Assembly: GCA_965248835.1 (NCBI GenBank)
Contig: CBDFLJ010000002.1
Location: 1,504,001-1,568,000, forward strand
Length of the DNA stretch: 64,000 nucleotides
Reading direction: 5' to 3'
Source: Alphaproteobacteria bacterium
GTDB lineage: Bacteria > Pseudomonadota > Alphaproteobacteria > MPNO01
In this document: piece after piece, positions 1 through 8,283 of the stretch
How positions within the stretch are numbered: the first letter of the stretch is position 1
Layout: each line of letters begins with the position of its first letter
The notes under the pieces: generated by a model
What the model saw: only the letters and a program-made list of their open reading frames with translations
The model's database searches: none
What the model was told of the DNA's origin: nothing
Translations under genes and position numbers: made by a program

Positions 1-685
1 CTACGGCAGGATCCCGATCCTGGTCGGCATCGACCTCGAGATCGCCGGCGGCGAGGTGGTCGGCATCCTCGGCCATAACGGCATGGGCAAGACCACGCTG
101 ATGAAGACCCTGATCGGCCAGGTGCCTGCGACCGGCGGCACGATCGTCTTCGACGGCAAGGACATCACGCGCGAGCGGGCGCACCGCCGGGTCCGGCGCG
201 GACTCGGCTACGTCCCGCAGGGGCGCGAGATCTTTCCCCGTCTGACGGTGCGCGAGAACCTGCGCATGGCCGCGGTTGCGGCCAGCGGCAAGGACGAGAG
301 CGCGCTCGATGAGGTTCTGGCCGATTTCCCGCGCCTTGTGCCTCTGCTCGATCGCGAGGGCGGCGCGCTCAGCGGCGGCGAGCAACAGATCCTCGCCATC
401 GCGCGCTGCCTGTGCACCCGTCCACGGTTGATGCTGCTGGATGAGCCGACGGAAGGGATCCAGCCCTCGATCATCGAGCAGATCGCCGACAACCTGGCCG
501 CGCTGCAGCGCTCGCGCGGCCTGACGATGGTGCTGGTCGAGCAGAACCTCGACTTCGTCGCCGCACTTTCGAGCCGGGTTCTGCTGATCCAGAAGGGCGC
601 CATCATCCGCTCGTTGGCGCCGGAGAACCTGCACGATGCCGAGATTGTCGAGGAGTTCGTCGGCATCGGGGCAACAGGCGGCTGA
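1..685 (+). CDS. ABC transporter ATP-binding subunit, UrtE/LivF family (5' partial)
   Basis: Frame open from window edge (YGRIPILVGIDLEI...); Walker A GHNGMGKT, signature LSGGEQQ, Walker B LLLDEPTEG, VEQN. Confidence 0.9.
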   Translation, partial: YGRIPILVGIDLEIAGGEVVGILGHNGMGKTTLMKTLIGQVPATGGTIVFDGKDITRERAHRRVRRGLGYVPQGREIFPRLTVRENLRMAAVAASGKDESALDEVLADFPRLVPLLDREGGALSGGEQQILAIARCLCTRPRLMLLDEPTEGIQPSIIEQIADNLAALQRSRGLTMVLVEQNLDFVAALSSRVLLIQKGAIIRSLAPENLHDAEIVEEFVGIGATGG

Positions 686-703
686 TCACGCGGGGAGACA
701 GGG

Positions 704-2215
704 ATGTTCCAGACACCGACCATCGATCAACTTCGCGCGTGCGCGTCCGATCTCGGCATGCACCCTTCGGAGGACTATCTCGAGGCGGTGCAGCGGATCG
801 TCGGGCCGCTGGTCGATGCCTATCGCCAACTCGAGACGGTGCCCGACGACCTGCCCGAAGTGAAATATCCCAGGACCCCGGGCTACCGGCCGGACGCGGC
901 CGAGAACCCGCACGGCGCCTGGTACTTCAAGACAACGATCAAGGGCGCCAGGCGCGGCAAGCTCGCCGGCAAGCGGGTCGGCATCAAGGACAATATCTGC
1001 GTCGCCGGCGTGCCGATGATGAACGGCGCCTCGGTGATGGAGGGCTATGTGCCCGACGTCGATGCGACGGTGGTCACCCGCATCCTCGATGCCGGCGGCG
1101 AGATCGCCGGCAAGGCGGTGTGCGAGTATTTCTGCGTCTCGGGTACCAGCTCGACCAGCGCCAGCGGCCCGGTCCACAACCCGCGCAAGCACGGCTATTC
1201 GGCCGGCGGCTCTTCGTCGGGCAGCGCCGCGGTGGTCGCCGCCGGCGACGTGCCGATGTCGCTCGGCTGCGACCAGGCGGGTTCGATCCGCATCCCGTCA
1301 AGCTATTGCGGGATCTACGGCATGAAACCGACTTTCGGGCTGGTCCCCTATACCGGCGCGGCGTCGCTGGAAACCACGATCGACCACTGCGGCCCGATGA
1401 CCGCCACCGTCGCGGACAACGCGCTGCTCCTTGAAGTTCTCGCCGGTCCCGACGATTACGACTCCCGGCAATCCGGCGTTAAAGCCGCGCGCTACACCGA
1501 GGCTCTGGACGACGGCATCGCCGGCTTGCGGATCGGCGTGGTCGGCGAGTCCTTCGGGCTCCAGGAATCCGAGCCCGATGTCGATGCCAAGGTGCGTCAG
1601 GCGGCCGACCGGCTGGCCGGGCTCGGCGCCGAGGTCAGCGAGATTTCGGTGCCGATGCACAAGATGACCCGTGCGCTATGGATCCCGATCGGCCATGACG
1701 GCGGGTTCATCACCATGATGACCATGAACGGCGGCGGCTCGAACCACGAGGGGCTCTACGTCACCTCCATGCTCGACCGCGCATCCGGCTGGCCGGCGCG
1801 GTCGGACGAGTTCGCCGACACCATCAAGATCATCGCGCTGTTCGGCCATTACTCGCTCAAGACCTATCGCGGCCACTACTATGCCAAGGCGATGAACCTG
1901 CGCCGCCGGCTGCGCGCGGCCTACGACGACGCCCTCGCCGAATACGACCTGCTGCTGATGCCGACCCTGCCGATGAAGGCCTCCAAGCTGCCGCCAAGGA
2001 ACCCGAGCCCGGAGGAGACCACCAAGGTCGCCTGGGAGATGCTCGCCAACACCTGCGGCTTCAATCTCACCGGCCATCCATCGATGTCGCTGCCCTGCGG
2101 CATGGAGGACGGCCGCCCGATCGGGTTGATGCTGACCGGCCGGCACTGGGAGGAGTCCACGATCTACCGCGCAGCGCACGCCTTCGAGCAGTCGGGCGAT
2201 TGGACGGGTTTTTGA
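704..2215 (+). CDS. Amidase signature (AS) family amidase, CX3C subgroup
   Basis: Catalytic Lys (GIKDN), GGSSSG, DQAGSIR; CEYFC motif; RBS GGAG upstream. Confidence 0.92.
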   Translation: MFQTPTIDQLRACASDLGMHPSEDYLEAVQRIVGPLVDAYRQLETVPDDLPEVKYPRTPGYRPDAAENPHGAWYFKTTIKGARRGKLAGKRVGIKDNICVAGVPMMNGASVMEGYVPDVDATVVTRILDAGGEIAGKAVCEYFCVSGTSSTSASGPVHNPRKHGYSAGGSSSGSAAVVAAGDVPMSLGCDQAGSIRIPSSYCGIYGMKPTFGLVPYTGAASLETTIDHCGPMTATVADNALLLEVLAGPDDYDSRQSGVKAARYTEALDDGIAGLRIGVVGESFGLQESEPDVDAKVRQAADRLAGLGAEVSEISVPMHKMTRALWIPIGHDGGFITMMTMNGGGSNHEGLYVTSMLDRASGWPARSDEFADTIKIIALFGHYSLKTYRGHYYAKAMNLRRRLRAAYDDALAEYDLLLMPTLPMKASKLPPRNPSPEETTKVAWEMLANTCGFNLTGHPSMSLPCGMEDGRPIGLMLTGRHWEESTIYRAAHAFEQSGDWTGF

Positions 2216-2294
2216 ATGCCGACGGCCGGACGATCGCGATCCCGGCAGTCCGTCGGAAGACGGGATTTCGCCGTCGACGCCGCTGCGGAGCCGA

Positions 2295-2600
2295 TCACAT
2301 GGCGTGAACCGGTGCGAAGAGGCAGCGGATCACACCTTGCATGTTGACGCACACCCAGAATGCTCCGTCCGGCGAGGGGATCGCCTGTTGGACGGGGATC
2401 ACCGGCCGGCCTTGGACCGAATACCCGCCGGGAACCGCGTGCACCGCGCCCGCCGGCAGGCGCCAGCAATCCTGAGGCCCGCAGCACGACACGCCTGCGG
2501 CGTTTCGGTAGCCGCCTCGCTCGATCCACCACGCATCGCCGTGGGCGAGCGCGGCGCCCGTCATCGCCGCCCAGAACGCCGCGGAGATCAAAGCGCGCAA
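2295..2600 (-). CDS. Small secreted cysteine-containing hypothetical protein
   Basis: GGAGG RBS then TTG at 2600; signal-peptide-like MRALISAAFWAAMTGAALA; SCCGPQDC...PSPDG..WVC...IRCLF. Confidence 0.7.
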   Translation of the reverse strand: MRALISAAFWAAMTGAALAHGDAWWIERGGYRNAAGVSCCGPQDCWRLPAGAVHAVPGGYSVQGRPVIPVQQAIPSPDGAFWVCVNMQGVIRCLFAPVHAM

Positions 2601-2668
2601 GCTGGTCCCTCCACGCGATCGGACATGACGGAAGATCGACTCCAACAATTGCCGTAAATCAAGAAGAT

Positions 2669-2698
2669 TTGACGTCCTTCGCCCGAGACTGGGATAAT
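2669..2698 (+). promoter_or_regulatory. Putative sigma70 promoter for Rieske oxygenase operon
   Basis: TTGACG-N18-GATAAT upstream of ATG 2750. Confidence 0.45.
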
Positions 2699-2749
2699 CG
2701 TACCTTGTCGCGCCCGGCGGCCCAACGAATCCGCGGAGGACAAGACCTC

Positions 2750-3817
2750 ATGTTCCTCAAGAACCACTGGTACGTCGCGGCCGAGCCCCACGAAGTCACC
2801 CACGATCCGTTCGCACGGACGATCTGCAACGAGCCGGTGGTGTTCTGGCGCGCCGAAGACGGCCGACCCGTGGCGTTCGAGGACCGCTGCTGCCACCGCC
2901 GGATGCCGCTGCGCAAGGGCACCGTGGCCGGCGACCGGCTGCGCTGCCACTACCATGGGCTGGAGTTCGACCGTTCGGGCGCCTGCGTGCATGTGCCCGG
3001 CCAGAGGACCATCCCGCCCGATGCGCGGGTCAGGGCCTATCCGGTGGTCGAAAAATACAAGTGGATCTGGATCTGGCTCGGTGATCCGGCCGAAGCCGAC
3101 GAAGCGGACATCATCCCCTTCCCGTGGCGCGAGAGCGAGGACTGGGGCGACAAGGGGACGTATTTCCACGTCAACGCCGACTACCGGCTCCTGATCGACA
3201 ATTTGCTCGACCAATCGCACCTGGCCTTCGTCCATGCCTCGACCATCGGCACCCAGGCAATCGCCGAGAAGGCCAATATCCGCTTCCTCAGGACCGAGGA
3301 GGCGGTGACGGTGGTGCGCTGGATGGTCGGCAACCCGGCGCCGCCTACCTACCGGATGATCATGGGCTGGAAGCCGGACAAGATCGTCGACCGCTGGGCG
3401 ATCAACGAGTTCCGCCCGCCCTGCGCGGTGCGTCTGCTGGTCGGCGCCGCGCCGGACGCGGCCGGGGGCAAGGATTTCGGGTTCTCCGATCTCGAGCATC
3501 CCGAACCCGAGGGCGGGTTCGCCTTCCGCAACCTCAACTTCATCACCCCGGAGACCGAAACGAGCTGCCACTATTTCTGGTCGAACGCCTGCAACGTCAA
3601 GCCGATCACCGAAGAGCGGACGGACCTCCAGTTCAAGCAGGTGCTCCAGGCGTTTCACCAGGACTGGGAGGTCCTGGAAATGCAGCAACAGAACTGGGAC
3701 GACCGGCCGGTGATCAACACCAACGCCGATACCGGATGGATCGCCGCGCGGCAGATGATCGAGGACAGGCTGGCCGAGGAAGCGCGCGGCCGTGCCGCCG
3801 CCGAAGCCGCCGAATGA
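2750..3817 (+). CDS. Rieske non-heme iron oxygenase alpha subunit (VanA-like)
   Basis: Rieske motif DRCCH...LRCHYHG; mononuclear Fe motif DNLLDQSHLAFVH; RBS GGAGGA. Confidence 0.92.
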   Translation: MFLKNHWYVAAEPHEVTHDPFARTICNEPVVFWRAEDGRPVAFEDRCCHRRMPLRKGTVAGDRLRCHYHGLEFDRSGACVHVPGQRTIPPDARVRAYPVVEKYKWIWIWLGDPAEADEADIIPFPWRESEDWGDKGTYFHVNADYRLLIDNLLDQSHLAFVHASTIGTQAIAEKANIRFLRTEEAVTVVRWMVGNPAPPTYRMIMGWKPDKIVDRWAINEFRPPCAVRLLVGAAPDAAGGKDFGFSDLEHPEPEGGFAFRNLNFITPETETSCHYFWSNACNVKPITEERTDLQFKQVLQAFHQDWEVLEMQQQNWDDRPVINTNADTGWIAARQMIEDRLAEEARGRAAAEAAE

Positions 3818-3845
3818 TCGACAATCGAACCTTGGGAGAAGCGCA

Positions 3846-4241
3846 ATGCCGAAACGGATCGAAGTGAACCCCAAATGGCCGTGGGCCGAGAAGTTCCCGT
3901 TCAACCTCGGGATCAAGGTCGGCGAGACGGTCTATGTCTCGGGCACGGTGGCGTGGGATCCGGACGGCAATATCGTCGGGCCGGACGACATGCTGGCCCA
4001 GTCGCGCCAGGCCTTTGCGAACATGGCCGAGATCCTGGCCGAGGCCGGTGCGAGCATGGATGACGTGGTCAAGATCACCGCGTTCCTGACCGACATCGAC
4101 CGCTATGCCGAGTATTCGAAGGCGCGCTCGGAGGCGTTCACCAACAACATGCCGGCGAGCACCGCGGTCACCTCGCCCAAGCTGCTGCAAGACGGCCTGC
4201 TGGTGGAGATCGAGGCGGTCGCCGAGATCGGCAGCGGCTGA
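3846..4241 (+). CDS. Rid (YjgF/YER057c/UK114) family protein lacking the catalytic Arg
   Basis: VYVSGTVA, DDVVKITAFL, LLVEIEAVA; PAST where RidA has PARS. Confidence 0.85.
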   Translation: MPKRIEVNPKWPWAEKFPFNLGIKVGETVYVSGTVAWDPDGNIVGPDDMLAQSRQAFANMAEILAEAGASMDDVVKITAFLTDIDRYAEYSKARSEAFTNNMPASTAVTSPKLLQDGLLVEIEAVAEIGSG

Positions 4242-4284
4242 GCCGGCGGCGAAGAACGACCGGCGCGAACCACCGGAGGCGGGC

Positions 4285-5691
4285 ATGCCCCATACATTGA
4301 GGTCTTTCCTCGAGTCGATCGACAACCGGATGCTGCATATCCACGATCCCATCAGCCCGGAAAGCCAGGTCGGCTACCTGTGCTCGGAGAGCCGGGGACC
4401 GCTGATGTTCCACAACCTGACCGGCTATCCCGGCTGGCGGCTGACCGACATCCTGATCAAGGACCGCGCCGGCCAGGCTGCGGTGCTGGGCGTTGGCGAC
4501 ATCGCCGAAGTCTGTCCCCATCTGGCCAGGCGCATGGCCGCCGGGCCCGGCAGGTCCGTGATGGTGGACGACGGCCCGGTCAAGGAAATCAAGATGCTGG
4601 GGGCGGACGTCGACCTCCACAAGCTGCCCATCCCGCAGCATTCCGTGGGCGACGGCGGGCGCTACCTGGGATCGGGCATCACTATCACGAAAGACCCCGA
4701 AACCGGCATCCGCAACGAGGCGATCCTCCGCACAATGCTAACGGAGGATCCCAGGAAATGCACCTTCCTCATGTCGGCGCGGCACAACTACGCCCATTAT
4801 CTCAAATACATCGCCAAGGACGAGCCGATGCCGATGGCCTTCGCCATCGGGCTCCACCCGGTCTACGAGATCATGGCCAACTGGTCGGGCCGGCACGAGG
4901 ACTTTGACGAGCTCGAATACGGCGCCGGCATCCTCGGCGAGGACATCGAGATGGTCCGCTGCGAGACCATCGATCTCGAGGTCCCGGCCCATGCCGAGCT
5001 GGTGATCGAGGGCATGGTCCACCCCCATGACCGCATCCCGGAAGGCCCGTTCGGCGAGTTCACCACCTTCGGCTCGGGCGCCGAGGGGCCGGCGCCGGTC
5101 CTCCAGATCACCGGGGTGACACACCGCAAGGACCCGATCTTCCGCCACATGCAGGCCACCTGGTTCACCGATCACCAGCCGCTGATCACCCTGCCGATGG
5201 AGGCGACCTACTACAACCGGCTGCGCGACACCCACGGCAACACCAACATCAAGGACGTCTTCGTGCCGCCCTGGGCGTCCCAGTTCATGATGATCATCCA
5301 GATGGAGGCGAAGTGGGACGGCCAGGCGCGCGATGTCCTGATGTCGGCGCTCACCGGACCCAACCTCCACGTCAAGGTCGCGGTCGCGGTCGATGAGGAC
5401 GTCGACATCTACAACGCCGAGGACGTGCTGTGGGCGATCGCGTGCCGCACCAACCCGGCCGACCAGGTCCACATCATGCCGGGCTCCCGGCTGCACCCGC
5501 TCGACATCTCGATCCCCGAGATCGGCGACGACTACACCGTGATGCGGATCGGCGGGAAGATGGCCATCGACGCCACCAAGCCGCCGACCTGGCGGGCGGA
5601 CGAACGCCGCAAGTTCGCCCGCGTCGACCCGATGGGCAAGAACGACCCGGCTATCGAGAACATACTCCAACAGGTCCGCGCGGCGCGTTAG
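4285..5691 (+). CDS. UbiD family prFMN-dependent (de)carboxylase
   Basis: LPIPQH, EVPAHAELVIEG, EGPFGEFT, VDEDVDIYN, KMAIDATKP; RBS GGAGG. Confidence 0.92.
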   Translation: MPHTLRSFLESIDNRMLHIHDPISPESQVGYLCSESRGPLMFHNLTGYPGWRLTDILIKDRAGQAAVLGVGDIAEVCPHLARRMAAGPGRSVMVDDGPVKEIKMLGADVDLHKLPIPQHSVGDGGRYLGSGITITKDPETGIRNEAILRTMLTEDPRKCTFLMSARHNYAHYLKYIAKDEPMPMAFAIGLHPVYEIMANWSGRHEDFDELEYGAGILGEDIEMVRCETIDLEVPAHAELVIEGMVHPHDRIPEGPFGEFTTFGSGAEGPAPVLQITGVTHRKDPIFRHMQATWFTDHQPLITLPMEATYYNRLRDTHGNTNIKDVFVPPWASQFMMIIQMEAKWDGQARDVLMSALTGPNLHVKVAVAVDEDVDIYNAEDVLWAIACRTNPADQVHIMPGSRLHPLDISIPEIGDDYTVMRIGGKMAIDATKPPTWRADERRKFARVDPMGKNDPAIENILQQVRAAR

Positions 5692-5741
5692 GCTCGGGAA
5701 TTGACGGCCCGCGTGGGGGGAACAACTCCGGCTTGCAGCCC

Positions 5742-6890
5742 TCAGGATGCCGGCAGGGTCAGAGGCTGCCGCATCGCGTCGTACTCGAAGACCCAGGTCG
5801 GGTCCATCGGGTCGCGCAGCCACTTGTTCTCCCGCGAGCCCTGCTGGACGCGCGAGGCGCGGTCCCTGCGGCTGTCCTCGTAGAGCTTGAAGGCCGCCGC
5901 GTGGTCCGCGCCCGCAAGCGCGATCGCGCGGACCAGGACGGCAGCGTCCTCGATCGCGATCGCCGCACCTTGGCCCATATGCGGCTTCATCGGATGGCAG
6001 GCATCGCCAATCAGGACGATCCGGCCGCGGCTCCACAAGGGAAGCGGGTCCCGCTCGAACAGCGGCCACTTGGTCGCCCCGGGGCAGATGTCGATCAGGT
6101 GCTGGACCTCGGGATGAAAGCCCTCGAAGGCCGCGCGCAACGCGTCCATGTCCGCATCGACATAGGACAGACCGTAATCCCAATCGGGCTCCGGCATGCC
6201 GGTGACGAAATAGATCTCCTCGTGATGGCGGTCGAGGTAATAGACCACGATATGGGTGTCCTCGTGCGCATCCTCGGTCCACCACTTGGTGAGATCGGCG
6301 GGACGGACATCTCCCAGGAGCTTGGCCGGGATGATCGAGCGGTGGGCGACATAGCCCGAATAGATCGGAAGCTCAGGCCCCAGAAGGACCTCGCGCGCCA
6401 TCGAGTTGATGCCGTCGGCGCCGATCACGATGTCGGCCGCGGCGGTGCTTCCGTCCTCGAAGGCGAGCCGGACGGTGGATGCGTCCTGGTCGAGCCCGAC
6501 CAGCTTCTTGCCGAACACGACGATGTCGGAGGTGACCGCGCTCAGCAGGATCTCGTGAAAGTCGCCGCGGTGAATCAACAGATACGGCGCGCCGAACTGG
6601 GCCTCGGCAGCATCGCGCATGTCGTAGCGGAACATCACCGCCCCGGTATCCCATTTCCGGCTGAGCCAGTATTCGGGCCTGATGCCGATGTCGAGCAAGG
6701 CTTCCTCGATGCCGATCGCACGCAGGACCTTCATGACGTTGGGACCGAGATTGATGCCGGCGCCGAGCCGCGCCACCGCCGGCGCCTGCTCATAGATCCG
6801 CACGTCATAGCCGCGCTGCTGGAGAAGCGCGCCGGCGACCAGCCCGCCCAGCCCGGCGCCCACGACCGCTATCCGCAAATCCTTGCCCAT
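5742..6890 (-). CDS. Group A FAD-dependent monooxygenase, NicC (6-hydroxynicotinate 3-monooxygenase)-like
   Basis: GAGLGG, GADG, LIGDACHPMKPHMGQGAAIAIEDA; TKWW and HIVVYY motifs as in NicC. Confidence 0.85.
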   Translation of the reverse strand: MGKDLRIAVVGAGLGGLVAGALLQQRGYDVRIYEQAPAVARLGAGINLGPNVMKVLRAIGIEEALLDIGIRPEYWLSRKWDTGAVMFRYDMRDAAEAQFGAPYLLIHRGDFHEILLSAVTSDIVVFGKKLVGLDQDASTVRLAFEDGSTAAADIVIGADGINSMAREVLLGPELPIYSGYVAHRSIIPAKLLGDVRPADLTKWWTEDAHEDTHIVVYYLDRHHEEIYFVTGMPEPDWDYGLSYVDADMDALRAAFEGFHPEVQHLIDICPGATKWPLFERDPLPLWSRGRIVLIGDACHPMKPHMGQGAAIAIEDAAVLVRAIALAGADHAAAFKLYEDSRRDRASRVQQGSRENKWLRDPMDPTWVFEYDAMRQPLTLPAS

Positions 6891-7029
6891 CTCCGATCCC
6901 GGAACATGTCCTTGAGCCGTCCGGGCCCATTGTAACCGGGCCGCCGGCATTGGCGAAGCAAGCCGTATCGGCGGCCACCCGATCCGTGCTTAAATCGGCA
7001 TCGATGAATGCGCATTGGAGGGATGATCG

Positions 7030-8175
7030 ATGGGTGAGACAACCGCGTATCTTTCCCCGAACGGTGACAACAAGAGCCGGGGCGACGGGCCGGCGACGCG
7101 GCTGGTGGTGGCGACCGTCGAAGGGGTCGCGACCTTTCGGCGCGAGGCCCAGGACGCGCCGTGGCTCCTGAGCGATCGGTCGCTCGAGGATCGCCATGTC
7201 GGATCGCTGCTGTATGAGCCGGTCTCGGGCCGACTGTTCGCCGGTGCGCATGCCGACGGCGGGCTATGGGTCAGCGAGGACGGCGCGGGCGCCTCGTGGC
7301 GCCGGCTGACCAACGGGCTCGACCGGCCGCACATCTATGGTCTGGCGGGGCGGCGCATCGGCGACCGGGTGAGCCTGTTTGCCGGCACCGAGCCCGCCGC
7401 GCTCTACCGCAGCGAAGATTTCGGCGAGAGCTGGACCGAGGCCAGGAGCCTGCGCGAGGTTCCGGGCACCGAGAAGTGGACTTTTCCGCCGCCGCCGCAC
7501 CTGCCGCATGTCAAGTCGGTGGTCTTCCATCCGACCCGCGCGCAGACGTTCTATGCCCTGGTCGAACAGGGCGCGCTGCTGCAGACCGACGATGACGGGC
7601 AGACCTGGACCGAGCTTGCCGGCTATGCCGAGCCCGACGACATCACCTATCGCGATGTCCATCGGCTGGTGATCAGCGAGAACGACCCGCGCCTGTTCTA
7701 CCTCGCCACCGGCGAGGGGCTGTACCGCAGCGGCGACGGCGGTCAGACCTGGGAGCATCTGATGCCGCGGGCCGGGCGAATCGGCTATCCCGATTTCCTG
7801 TTCTTTGACCCGCGCGACGACGGCACCTTGTTCCTGGGCGGTGCGCGCAACGACCCCGGGAAGTGGTTCAGCGATCCGATGGCCGATTCGATCATCGCGC
7901 GCACCACAGACGGCGGGCGGAACTGGCTCGAACTCGGTCACGGCATGCCCTCGCCCGTGGCGCCGGCCTTCGAGGCGGTGTGCCTGCACCACTGGGACGG
8001 CGGAATGATGCTCGCGGTCGGCACGGCGACCGGCGAGATCTATGTCAGCGAGGACGACGGCGCGTCCTGGACCTGCATCGAGGACAACGCCGCGCCGGTG
8101 TCCAAGGACCACCACCACCTGGCTTGGTACCCGAAGGAAGACCGCGAGCGCGCTTTGGCTGCGCGCCACGCCTGA
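7030..8175 (+). CDS. BNR/Asp-box beta-propeller protein (Ycf48-like fold)
   Basis: Repeated SxDxGxxW Asp boxes (SEDFGESW, TDDDGQTW, SGDGGQTW, TTDGGRNW, SEDDGASW); no signal peptide. Confidence 0.85.
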   Translation: MGETTAYLSPNGDNKSRGDGPATRLVVATVEGVATFRREAQDAPWLLSDRSLEDRHVGSLLYEPVSGRLFAGAHADGGLWVSEDGAGASWRRLTNGLDRPHIYGLAGRRIGDRVSLFAGTEPAALYRSEDFGESWTEARSLREVPGTEKWTFPPPPHLPHVKSVVFHPTRAQTFYALVEQGALLQTDDDGQTWTELAGYAEPDDITYRDVHRLVISENDPRLFYLATGEGLYRSGDGGQTWEHLMPRAGRIGYPDFLFFDPRDDGTLFLGGARNDPGKWFSDPMADSIIARTTDGGRNWLELGHGMPSPVAPAFEAVCLHHWDGGMMLAVGTATGEIYVSEDDGASWTCIEDNAAPVSKDHHHLAWYPKEDRERALAARHA

Positions 8176-8235
8176 GTAAGCGGCGGGGCCGGACGCCGTC
8201 CAGCACGTCCGCCCGCGCCGCCAGCAGCGTCTGCG

Positions 8236-8283
8236 GCCGGCGACAGGATTAAATGGCGCCGGAGTCCATTTAATCCCGCCGGC
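8236..8283. repeat. Inverted repeat with AT-rich stem between convergent genes
   Basis: GCCGGCG-aca-GGATTAAATGG-cgccggagt-CCATTTAATCC-CGCCGGC. Confidence 0.7.
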
